NCBI GenBank assembly: GCA_964016885.1
Contig: OZ024742.1
Location: 166,842,001-166,906,000 of the forward strand
Length of the DNA stretch: 64,000 nt
Direction of reading: 5' to 3'
Source: Eledone cirrhosa
Taxonomy: Eukaryota
Shown here: positions 11,030 to 23,760 of the stretch, one piece after another
How positions within the stretch are numbered: position 1 is the stretch's first letter
How the letters are laid out: each line of letters begins with the position of its first letter
Made by a program: the position numbers and the translations under genes
Notes under the pieces: model-generated
What the model was told of the DNA's origin: nothing
The model's input: the letters and a program-made list of their open reading frames with translations, nothing else
Databases searched by the model: none

Positions 11030-14000
11030 AAGGGGAGATAATTTCCAGCCGTCCAAGGGAAGATAATTTCAAGCCCTCCAAGGGGCTATAATTTCCAGTG
11101 TCCAAGGGGAGATAATTTCCAGCCAGCGAAGGGGAGATAATTTTTTTTTAAAAATCAGGGGGAGATTTGTAAAAAAAATCAGGGGGAGATAATTTGTAAA
11201 AAAAATCAAAGGGAGATAATTTCCAGCCGTCCAAAGAGAGATAATTTCTAGCCGTCCAAGGGGAGATAATTTCGAGCCAAGGGGAGATAATTTCCAGCCG
11301 TCCAAGGGGAGATAATTTTTTAAAAAATCAGGTGGAGATAATTTGTAAAAAAAATCAGGGGGAGATAATTTGTAAAAACAAAATCAAGGGCAGATAATTT
11401 CCAGCTGTCCAAGGGGAGATAATTTCCAGCCGTGCAAGGGGAGATAATTTCCAGCCGTCCAAGGGGAGATAATTTCCATCCTTCCAAGGGGAGATAATTT
11501 CCAGCCGTCCAAGGGGAGATAATTTCCCGCCAGCCAAGGGAAGATAATTTTTTAAAAAATCAGGCGGAGATTGTAAAAAAAATCAGGGGGAGATAATTTG
11601 TAAAAAAATCAGGGGGAGATAATTTGTAAAAAAATCAAGGGGAGATAATTTCCAGCTGTCCAAGGGGAGGTAATATCTAGCCGTCCAAGGGGAGATAATT
11701 TCCAGCCGTCCAAGGGGAGATAATTTCCAGCCGTCCAAGGGTAGATAATATCCAGCCGTCCAAGGAGACATATTTTCCAGCCCTCCAAGGAGAGGTAATT
11801 TCTAGCCGTCCAAGTGGAGATAAATTCCAGCCTCCAAGGGGAGATAATTTCCAGCCAGCCAAGGGGAGATAATTTGTAAAAAAATCAGGGGGAGATAATT
11901 TGTAAAAAAAATCAGGGGGAGATAATTTGTAAAAAAAAATCAGGGGGAGATAATTTGTAAAAAAAATCAAGGGGAGATAATTTCCAGCCGTCCAAGGGGA
12001 GATAATTTTCAGCCGTCCAAGGGGAGATAATTTCCCGCCAGCCAAGGGAAGATAATATTTAAAAAATGAGGCGGAGATAATTTGTAAAAAAAATCAGGGG
12101 GAGATAATTTGTAAAAAAATCAGGGGGAGATAATTTGTAAAAAAAAATCAGGGGGAGATAATTTGTAAAAAAAATTAGGGGGAGATAATTTGTAAAAAAA
12201 AATCAGGGGTAGATAATTTGTAAAAAAAAATCAGGGGGAGATAATTTGTAAAAAAAATCAGGGGGAGATAATTTGTAAAAAAAATCAAGGGGAGATAATT
12301 TCCAGCCGTCCAAGGAGAGATAATTTAAAAAAAAAATCAGGCGGAGATAATTTGTAAAAAAAAATCAGGGGGAGATAATTTCCAGCCGTCCAAGGGGAGA
12401 TAATTTTCAGCCGTCCAAGGGGAGATAATTTCCAGCCGTCCAAGGGGAGATAATTTAAAAAAAAAAATCAGGCGGAGATAATTTGTAAAAAAAATCAAGG
12501 GGAGATAATTTGCAACCGTCCAAGGGGACATAATTTTCAGTCGTCCAAGGAGAGGTAATTTCTAGCCGTCCAAGGGGAGATAATTTCCAGCCGTCCAAGG
12601 GGAGATAATTTCCAGCCGTCCAAGGGGAGATAATTTTTTTTTAAAAATCAGGCGGAGATAATTTGTAAAAAAAAAATCAGGGGGAGATAATTTGTAAAAA
12701 AAAATCAGGGGGAGATAATTTGTAAAAAAAAATCAGGGGGAGATAATTTGTAAAAAAAATCAAGGGGAGATAATTTCCAGCCGTCCAAGGGAAGATAATT
12801 TCCAGCCCTCCAAGGGGCTATAATTTCCAGCGTCCAAGGGGAGATAATTTCCAGCCAGCGAAGGGGAGATAATTGTTTTAAAAAAATCATTGGGAGATTT
12901 GTAAAAAAAATCAGGGGGAGATAATTAATAAAAAAAATCAAGGGGAGATAATTCCAGCCGTCCAAGGGGAGGTAATATCTAGCCGTCCAAGGGGAGATAA
13001 TTTCCAGCCGTCCAAGGGGAGATAATTTCCAGCCGTCCAAGGGTAGATAATATCCAGCCGTCCAAGGAGACATATTTTCCAGCCGTCCAAGGAGAGGTAA
13101 TTTCTAGCCGTCCAAGGGGAGATAAATTCCAGCCTCCAAGGGGAGATAATTTCCAGCCAGCCAAGGGGAGATAATTTGTAAAAAAATCAGGGGGAGATAA
13201 TTTGTAAAAAAAGTCAGGGGTAGATAATTTGTAAAAAAAAATCAGGGGGAGATAATTTGTAAAAAAAAATCAGGGGGAGATAATTTGTAAAAAAAATCAA
13301 GGGGAGATAATTTCCAGCCGTCCAAGGAGAGATAATTTTTAAAAAAAAATCAGGCGGAGATAATTTGTAAAAAAAAATCAGGGGGAGATAATTTGTAAAA
13401 AAAAATAAGGGGGAGATAATTTGTAAAAAAAATCAAGGGGAGATAATTTCCAGCCGTCCAAGGGGAGATAATTTCCAGCCGTCCAAGGGGAGATAAATTT
13501 TTTAAAAAAATCAGGCGGAGATAATTTGTAAAAAAAATCAGGGGGAGATAATTTGTAAAAAAAAATCAGGGGGAGATAATTTGTAAAAAAAAATCAGGGG
13601 GAGATAATTTCCAGCCGTCCAAGGTAAGATAATTTCCAGCCCTCCAAGGGGCTATAATTTCCAGCATCCAAGGGGAGATAATTTCCAGCCGTCCAAGGGT
13701 AGATAATATCCAGCCGTCCAAGTAGACATATTTTCCAGCCGTCCAAGGAGAGGTAATTTCTAGCCGTCCAAGGGGAGATAAATTCCAGCCTCCAAGGGGA
13801 GATAATTTCCAGCCAGCCAAGGGGAGGTAATTTGTAAAAAAATCAGGGGGAGATAATTTGTAAAAAAAATCAGGGAGATAATTTGTAAAAAAAAATCAGG
13901 GGGAGATAATTTGTAAAAAAAAATCAGGGGGAGATAATTTCCAGCCGTCCAAGGGGAGATAATTTTCAGCCGTCCAAGGGTAGATAATATCCAGCCGTCC

Positions 14001-17000
14001 AAGTAGACATTTTCCAGCCGTCCAAGGAGAGGTAATTTCTAGCCGTCCAAGGGGAGATAAATTCCAGCCTCCAAGGGGAGATAATTTCCAGCCAGCCAAG
14101 GGGAGATAATTTGTAAAAAAATCAGGGGGAGATAATTTGTAAAAAAAATCAGGGGGAGATAATTTGTAAAAAAAAATCAGGGGGAGATAATTTGTAAAAA
14201 AAAAATCAGGGGGAGATAATTTGTAAAAAAAAATCAGGGGGAGATAATTTGTAAAAAAAATCAAGGGGAGATAATTTCCAGCCGTCCAAGGGGAGATAAT
14301 TTTCAGCCGTCCAAGGGGAGATAATTTCCAGACGTCCAAGGGGAGATAATTTCCATCCTTCCAAGGGGAGATAATTTCCAGCCTTCCAAGGGGAGATAAT
14401 TTTCAGCCGTCCAAGGGGAGATAATTTCCCGCCAGCCAAGGGAAGATAATATTTTAAAAAATCAGGCGGAGATAATTTGTAAAAAAATCAGGGGGAGATA
14501 ATTTGTAAAAAAAAAATCAGGGGGAGATAATTTGTAAAAAAAATCAGGGGGAGATAATTTGTAAAAAAAAATCAGGGGTAGATAATTTGTAAAAAAAAAT
14601 CAGGGGGAGATAATTTGTAAAAAAAAAATCAGGGGGAGATAATTTGTAAAAAAAATCAAGGGGAGATAATTTCCAGCCGTCCAAGGAGAGATAATTTTTA
14701 AAAAAAATCAGGCGGAGATAATTTGTAAAAAAAAATCAAGGGGAGATAATTTGTAAAAAAAAATCAGGGGGAGATAATTTGTAAAAAAATCAAGGGGAGA
14801 TAATTTCCAGCCGTCCAAGGGAAGATAATTTCCAGCACTCCAAGGGGCTATAATTTCCAGTGTCCAAGGGGAGATAATTTCCAGCCAGCGAAGGGGAGAT
14901 AATTTTTTTAAAAAAATCAGGGGGAGATATGTAAAAAAAATCAGAGGGAGATAATTTCTAAAAAAAATCAAAGGGAGATAATTTCCAGCCGTCCAAAGAG
15001 AGATAATTTCTAGCCGTCCAAGGGGAGATAATTTCCAGCCAAGGGGAGATAATTTCCAGCCGTCCAAGGGAAGATAATTATTTAAAAAATCAGGTGGAGA
15101 TAATTTGTAAAAAAAATCAGGGGGAGATAATTTGTAAAAACAAAATCAAGGGCAGATAATTTCCAGCTGTCCAAGGGGAGATAATTTCCAGCCGTGCAAG
15201 GGGAGATAATTTCCAGCCGTCCAAGGGGAGATAATTTCCATCCTTCCAAGGGGAGATAATCTCCAGCCGTCCAAGGGGAGATAATTTCCCGCCAGCCAAG
15301 GGAAGATAATTTTTAAAAAAATCAGGCGGAGATTGTAAAAAAAATCAGGGGGAGATAATTTGTAAAAAAATCAGGGGGAGATAATTTGTAAAAAAAAAAT
15401 CAGGGGAGATAATTTGTAAAAAAAAATCAGGGGGAGATAATTTGTAAAAAAAAAATCAGGGGGAGATAATTTGTAAAAAAAATCAGGGGTAGATAATTTG
15501 TAAAAAAAATCAGGGGGAGATAATTTGTAAAAAAAAATCAGTGGGAGATAATTTGTAAAAAAATCAAGGGGAGATAATATGCAGCCGTCCAAGGGGAGAT
15601 AATTTTCAGCCTTCCAAGGAGAGTTAATTTCTAGCCGTCCAAGGGGAGATAATTTCCAGCCGTCCAAGGGGAGATAATTTCCAGCCGTCCAAGGGGAGAT
15701 AGTTTTTTTAAAAAAATCAGGCGGAGATAATTTGTAAAAAAAAAATCAGGGGGAGATAATTTGTAAAAAAAAATCAGGGGGAGATAATTTGTAAAAAAAA
15801 ATCAAGGGGAGATAATTTGTAAAAAAAATCAGGGGGAGATAATTAGTAAAAAAATCAAGGGGAGATAATTTCCAGCCGTCCAAGGGGAGGTAATATCTAG
15901 CCGTCCAAGGGGAGAAAATTTCCAGCCGTCCAAGGGGAGATAATTTCCAGCCGTCCAAGGGTAGATAATATCCAGCCGTCCAAGTAGACATATTTTCCAG
16001 CCGTCCAAGGAGAGGTAATTTCTAGCCGTCCAAGGGGAGATAAATTCCAGCCTCCAAGGGGAGATAATTTCCAGCCAGCCAAGGGGAGATAATTTGTAAA
16101 AAAATCAGGGGGAGATAATTTGTAAAAAAAATCAGGGGGAGATAATTTGTAAAAAAAAATCAGGGGGAGATAATTTGTAAAAAAAAATCAGGGGGAGATA
16201 ATTTGTAAAAAAAAATCAGGGGGAGATAATTTGTAAAAAAAATCAAGGGGAGATAATTTCCAGCCGTCCAAGGGGAGATAATTTCCAGCCGTCCAAGGGG
16301 AGGTAATATCTAGCCGTCCAAGGGGAGATAATTTCCAGCCGTCCAAGAGGAGATAATTTCCAGCCGTCCAAGGGAAGATAATTTCAAGCCCTCCAAGGGG
16401 CTATAATTTCCAGTGTCCAAGGGGAGATAATTTCCAGCCAGCGAAGGGGAGATAATTTTTTTTTAAAAATCAGGGGGAGATTTGTAAAAAAAATCAGGGG
16501 GAGATAATATGTAAAAAAAATCAAGGGGAGATAATTTCCAGCCGTCGAAGGGAAGATAATTTCCAGCCCTCCAAGGGGCTATAATTTCCAGCGTCCAAGG
16601 GGAGATAATTTCCAGCCAGCGAAGGGGAGATAATTTTTTTAAAAAAATCATTGGGAGATTTGTAAAAAAAATCAGGGAGAGATAATTTGTAAAAAAAATC
16701 AAGGGGAGATAATTTCCAGCCGTCCAAGGGGAGGTAATATCTAGCCGTCCAAGGGGAGATAATTTCCAGCCGTCAAAGGGGAGATAATTTCCAGCCGTCC
16801 AAGGGTAGATAATATCCAGCCGTCCAAGTAGACATTTTCCAGCCGTCCAAGGAGAGGTAATTTCTAGCCGTCCAAGGGGAGATAAATTCCAGCCTCCAAG
16901 GGGAGATAATTTCCAGCCAGCCAAGGGGAGATAATTTGTAAAAAAATCAGGGGGAGATAATTTGTAAAAAAAATCAGGGGGAGATAATTTGTAAAAAAAA

Positions 17001-20000
17001 TCAGGGGGAGATAATTTGTAAAAAAAAATCAGGGGGAGATAATTTGTAAAAAAAATCAAGGGGAGATAATTTGCAGCCGTCCAAGGGGAGATAATTTTCA
17101 GCCGTCCAAGGAGAGGTAATTTCTAGCCGTCCAAGGTGAGATAATATCCAGCCGTCCAAGGGGAGATAATTTCCAGCCGTACAAGGGGAGATAATTTAAA
17201 AAAAAAAACAGGCGAAGATAATTTGTAAAAAAAAAATCAGGGGGAGATAATTTGTAAAAAAAAATCAGGGGGAGATAATTTGTAAAAAAAAATCAGGGGG
17301 AGGTAATTTGTAAAAAAAATCAAGGGGAGATAATTTCCAGCCGTCCAAGGGAAGATAATTTCCAGCCGTCCAAGGAGAGATAATTTTAAAAAAAAATCAG
17401 GCGGAGATAATTTGTAAAAAAAAATCAGGGGGAGATAATTTGTAAAAAAAAATCAGGGGGAGATAATTTGTAAAAAAAATCAAGGGGAGATAATTTCCAG
17501 CCGTCCAAGGGGAGATAATTTCCAGCCGTCCAAGGGGAGATAATTTTTTTAAAAAAATCAGGCGGAGATAATTTGTAAAAAAAATCAGGGGGAGGTAAAA
17601 AAAAATCAGGGGGAGATAATTTGTAAAAAAAAATCAGGGGGAGATAATTTCCAGCCGTCCAAGGTAAGATAATTTCCAGCCCTCCAAGGGGCTATAATTT
17701 CCAGCATCCAAGGGGAGATAATTTCCAGCCGTCCAAGGGTAGATAATATCCAGCCGTCCAAGTAGACATATTTTCCAGCCGTCCAAGGAGAGGTAATTTT
17801 TAGCCGTCCAAGGGGAGATAAATTCCAGCCTCCAAGGGGAGATAATTTCCAGCCAGCCAAGGGGAGATAATTTGTAAAAAAATCAGGGGGAGATAATTTG
17901 TAAAAAAAATCAGGGGGAGATAATTTGTAAAAAAAAATCAGGGGGAGATAATTTTTAAAAAAAAAATCAGGGGGAGATAATTTGTAAAAAAAAAATCAGG
18001 GGGAGATAATTTGTAAAAAAAATCAGGGGGAGATAATTTGTAAAAAAAAATCAGGGGTAGATAATTTGTAAAAAAAAATCAGGGGGAGATAATTTGTAAA
18101 AAAAATCAGGGGGAGATAATTTGTAAAAAAAATCAAGGGGAGATAATTTCCAGCCGTCCAAGGGAAGATAATTTCAAGCCCTCCAAGGGGCTATAATTTC
18201 CAGTGTCCAAGGGGAGATAATTTCCAGCCAGCGAAGGGGAGATAATTTTTTTTTTAAAATCAGGGGGAGATTTGTAAAAAAAATCAGGGGGAGATAATTT
18301 GTAAAAAAAATCAAAGGGAGATAATTTCCAGCCGTCCAAAGAGAGATAATTTCTAGCCGTCCAAGGGGAGATAATTTCGAGCCAAGGGGAGATAATTTCC
18401 AGCCGTCCAAGGGGAGATAATTTTTTAAAAAATCAGGTGGAGATAATTTGTAAAAAAAATCAGGGGGAGATAATTTGTAAAAACAAAATCAAGGGCAGAT
18501 AATTTCCAGCTGTCCAAGGGGAGATAATTTCCAGCCGTGCAAGGGGAGATAATTTCCAGCCGTCCAAGGGGAGATAATTTCCATCCTTCCAAGGGGAGAT
18601 AATTTCCAGCCGTCCAAGGGGAGATAATTTCCCGCCAGCCAAGGGAAGATAATTTTTTAAAAAATCAGGCGGAGATTGTAAAAAAAATCAGGGGGAGATA
18701 ATTTGTAAAAAAATCAGGGGGAGATAATTTGTAAAAAAATCAAGGGGAGATTATTTCCAGCTGTCCAAGGGGAGGTAATATCTAGCCGTCCAAGGGGAGA
18801 TAATTTCCAGCCGTCCAAGGGGAGATAATTTCCAGCCGTCCAAGGGTAGATAATATCCAGCCGTCCAAGGAGACATATTTTCCAGCCCTCCAAGGAGAGG
18901 TAATTTCTAGCCGTCCAAGTGGAGATAAATTCCAGCCTCCAAGGGGAGATAATTTCCAGCCAGCCAAGGGGAGATAATTTGTAAAAAAATCAGGGGGAGA
19001 TAATTTGTAAAAAAAATCAGGGGGAGATAATTTGTAAAAAAAAATCAGGGGGAGATAATTTGTAAAAAAAATCAGGGGGAGATAATTTGTAAAAAAAATC
19101 AAGGGGAGATAATTTCCAGCCGTCCAAGGGGAGATAATTTTCAGCCGTCCAAGGGGAGATAATTTCCCGCCAGCCAAGGGAAGATAATATTTAAAAAATG
19201 AGGCGGAGATAATTTGTAAAAAAAATCAGGGGGAGATAATTTGTAAAAAAATCAGGGGGAGATAATTTGTAAAAAAAAATCAGGGGGAGATAATTTGTAA
19301 AAAAAATTAGGGGGAGATAATTTGTAAAAAAAAATCAGGGGTAGATAATTTGTAAAAAAAAATCAGGGGGAGATAATTTGTAAAAAAAATCAGGGGGAGA
19401 TAATTTGTAAAAAAAATCAAGGGGAGATAATTTCCAGCCGTCCAAGGAGAGATAATTTAAAAAAAAAATCAGGCGGAGATAATTTGTAAAAAAAAATCAG
19501 GGGGAGATAATTTGTAAAAAAAAATCAGGGGGAGATAATTTGTAAAAAAAATCAAGGGGAGATAATTTCCAGCCGTCCAAGGGGAGATAATTTTCAGCCG
19601 TCCAAGGGGAGATAATTTCCAGCCGTCCAAGGGGAGATAATTTTTTTTTAAAAATCAGGCGGAGATAATTTGTAAAAAAAAAATCAGGGGGAGATAATTT
19701 GTAAAAAAAAATCAGGGGGAGATAATTTGTAAAAAAAATCAAGGGGAGATAATTTGCAACCGTCCAAGGGGACATAATTTTCAGTCGTCCAAGGAGAGGT
19801 AATTTCTAGCCGTCCAAGGGGAGATAATTTCCAGCCGTCCAAGGGGAGATAATTTCCAGCCGTCCAAGGGGAGATAATTTTTTTTTAAAAATCAGGCGGA
19901 GATAATTTGTAAAAAAAAAATCAGGGGGAGATAATTTGTAAAAAAAAATCAGGGGGAGATAATTTGTAAAAAAAAATCAGGGGGAGATAATTTGTAAAAA

Positions 20001-23000
20001 AAATCAAGGGGAGATAATTTCCAGCCGTCCAAGGGAAGATAATTTCCAGCCCTCCAAGGGGCTATAATTTCCAGCGTCCAAGGGGAGATAATTTCCAGCC
20101 AGCGAAGGGGAGATAATTGTTTTAAAAAAATCATTGGGAGATTTGTAAAAAAAATCAGGGGGAGATAATTAATAAAAAAAATCAAGGGGAGATAATTCCA
20201 GCCGTCCAAGGGGAGGTAATATCTAGCCGTCCAAGGGGAGATAATTTCCAGCCGTCCAAGGGGAGATAATTTCCAGCCGTCCAAGGGTAGATAATATCCA
20301 GCCGTCCAAGGAGACATATTTTCCAGCCGTCCAAGGAGAGGTAATTTCTAGCCGTCCAAGGGGAGATAAATTCCAGCCTCCAAGGGGAGATAATTTCCAG
20401 CCAGCCAAGGGGAGATAATTTGTAAAAAAATCAGGGGGAGATAATTTGTAAAAAAAGTCAGGGGTAGATAATTTGTAAAAAAAAATCAGGGGGAGATAAT
20501 TTGTAAAAAAAAATCAGGGGGAGATAATTTGTAAAAAAAATCAAGGGGAGATAATTTCCAGCCGTCCAAGGAGAGATAATTTTAAAAAATCAGGCGGAGA
20601 TAATTTGTAAAAAAAAATCAGGGGGAGATAATTTGTAAAAAAAAATAAGGGGGAGATAATTTGTAAAAAAAATCAAGGGGAGATAATTTCCAGCCGTCCA
20701 AGGGGAGATAATTTCCAGCCGTCCAAGGGGAGATAAATTTTTTAAAAAAATCAGGCGGAGATAATTTGTAAAAAAAATCAGGGGGAGATAATTTGTAAAA
20801 AAAAATCAGGGGGAGATAATTTGTAAAAAAAAATCAGGGGGAGATAATTTCCAGCCGTCCAAGGTAAGATAATTTCCAGCCCTCCAAGGGGCTATAATTT
20901 CCAGCATCCAAGGGGAGATAATTTCCAGCCGTCCAAGGGTAGATAATATCCAGCCGTCCAAGTAGACATATTTTCCAGCCGTCCAAGGAGAGGTAATTTC
21001 TAGCCGTCCAAGGGGAGATAAATTCCAGCCTCCAAGGGGAGATAATTTCCAGCCAGCCAAGGGGAGATAATTTGTAAAAAAATCAGGGGGAGATAATTTA
21101 TAAAAAAAATCAGGGGGAGATAATTTGTAAAAAAAAATCAGGGGGAGATAATTTGTAAAAAAAAATCAGGGGGAGATAATTTCCAGCCGTCCAAGGGGAG
21201 ATAATTTTCAGCCGTCCAAGGGTAGATAATATCCAGCCGTCCAAGTAGACATTTTCCAGCCGTCCAAGGAGAGGTAATTTCTAGCCGTCCAAGGGGAGAT
21301 AAATTCCAGCCTCCAAGGGGAGATAATTTCCAGCCAGCCAAGGGGAGATAATTTGTAAAAAAAATCAGGGGGACATAATTTGTAAAAAAAAATCAGGGGG
21401 AGATAATTTGTAAAAAAAAAATCAGGGGGAGATAATTTGTAAAAAAAAATCAGGGGGAGATAATTTGTAAAAAAAATCAAGGGGAGATAATTTCCAGCCG
21501 TCCAAGGGGAGATAATTTTCAGCCGTCCAAGGGGAGATAATTTCCAGACGTCCAAGGGGAGATAATTTCCATCCTTCCAAGGGGAGATAATTTCCAGCCT
21601 TCCAAGGGGAGATAATTTTCAGCCGTCCAAGGGGAGATAATTTCCCGCCAGCCAAGGGAAGATAATATTTTAAAAAATCAGGCGGAGATAATTTGTAAAA
21701 AAAATCAGGGGGAGATAATTTGTAAAAAAATCAGGGGGAGATAATTTGTAAAAAAAAAATCAGGGGGAGATAATTTGTAAAAAAAATCAGGGGGAGATAA
21801 TTTGTAAAAAAAAATCTGGGGTAGATAATTTGTAAAAAAAAATCAGGGGGAGATAATTTGTAAAAAAAAAATCAGGGGGAGATAATTTGTAAAAAAAATC
21901 AAGGGGAGATAATTTCCAGCCGTCCAAGGAGAGATAATTTTTAAAAAAAATCAGGCGGAGATAATTTGTAAAAAAAAATCAAGGGGAGATAATTTGTAAA
22001 AAAAAATCAGGGGGAGATAATTTGTAAAAAAATCAAGGGGAGATAATTTCCAGCCGTCCAAGGGAAGATAATTTCCAGCACTCCAAGGGGCTATAATTTC
22101 CAGTGTCCAAGGGGAGATAATTTCCAGCCAGCGAAGGGGAGATAATTTTTTTAAAAAAATCAGGGGGAGATATGTAAAAAAAATCAGAGGGAGATAATTT
22201 CTAAAAAAAATCAAAGGGAGATAATTTCCAGCCGTCCAAAGAGAGATAATTTCTAGCCGTCCAAGGGGAGATAATTTCCAGCCAAGGGGAGATAATTTCC
22301 AGCCGTCCAAGGGGAGATAATTATTTAAAAAATCAGGTGGAGATAATTTCCCGCCAGCCAAGGGAAGATAATTTTTAAAAAAATCAGGCGGAGATTGTAA
22401 AAAAAATCAGGGGGAGATAATTTGTAAAAAAATCAGGGGGAGATAATTTGTAAAAAAAAAATCAGGGGAGATAATTTGTAAAAAAAAATCAGGGGGAGAT
22501 AATTTGTAAAAAAAAAATCAGGGGGAGATAATTTGTAAAAAAAATCAGGGGTAGATAATTTGTAAAAAAAAATCAGGAGGAGATAATTTGTAAAAAAAAA
22601 TCAGTGGGAGATAATTTGTAAAAAAATCAAGGGGAGATAATATGCAGCCGTCCAAGGGGAGATAATTTTCAGCCGTCCAAGGAGAGTTAATTTCTAGCCG
22701 TCCAAGGGGAGATAATTTCCAGCCGTCCAAGGGGAGATAATTTCCAGCCGTCCAAGGGGAGATAGTTTTTTTAAAAAAATCAGGCGGAGATAATTTGTAA
22801 AAAAAAAATCAGGGGGAGATAATTTGTAAAAAAAAATCAGGGGGAGATAATTTGTAAAAAAAAATCAAGGGGAGATAATTTGTAAAAAAAATCAGGGGGA
22901 GATAATTAGTAAAAAAATCAAGGGGAGATAATTTCCAGCCGTCCAAGGGGAGGTAATATCTAGCCGTCCAAGGGGAGATAATTTCCAGCCGTCCAAGGGG

Positions 23001-23760
23001 AGATAATTTCCAGCCGTCCAAGGGTAGATAATATCCAGCCGTCCAAGTAGACATATTTTCCAGCCGTCCAAGGAGAGGTAATTTCTAGCCGTCCAAGGGG
23101 AGATAAATTCCAGCCTCCAAGGGGAGATAATTTCCAGCAAGCCAAGGGGAGATAATTTGTAAAAAAATCAGGGGGAGATAATTTGTAAAAAAAATCAGGG
23201 GGAGATAATTTGTAAAAAAAAATCAGGGGGAGATAATTTGTAAAAAAAATCAGGGGGAGATAATTTGTAAAAAAAAATCAGGGGGAGATAATTTGTAAAA
23301 AAAAATCAGGGGGAGATAATTTGTAAAAAAAAATCAGGGGGAGATAATTTGTAAAAAAAATCAAGGGGAGATAATTTCCAGCCGTCCAAGGGGAGATAAT
23401 TTCCAGCCGTCCAAGGGGAGGTAATATCTAGCCGTCCAAGGGGAGATAATTTCCAGCCGTCCAAGAGGAGATAATTTCCAGCCGTCCAAGGGAAGATAAT
23501 TTCAAGCCCTCCAAGGGGCTATAATTTCCAGTGTCCAAGGGGAGATAATTTCCAGCCAGCGAAGGGGAGATAATTTTTTTTTAAAAATCAGGGGGAGATT
23601 TGTAAAAAAAATCAGGGGGAGATAATTTGTAAAAAAAATCAAGGGGAGATAATTTCCAGCCGTCGAAGGGAAGATAATTTCCAGCCCTCCAAGGGGCTAT
23701 AATTTCCAGCGTCCAAGGGGAGATAATTTCCAGCCAGCGAAGGGGAGATAATTTTTTTAA
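11030..23760 (+). repeat. Imperfect ~7.1-7.2 kb higher-order repeat (about 1.8 copies)
   Basis: Matching ORF-track entries are offset by 7105 (11355/18460, 11677/18782), 7244 (12705/19949), 7240 (13566/20806), 7216 (14206/21422), 7063 (15746/22809) and 7118 (16463/23581). Shared rare variants include 'aaagtcaggggtag', 'aaattaggggg' and 'gataattccagcc'. Confidence 0.75.
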
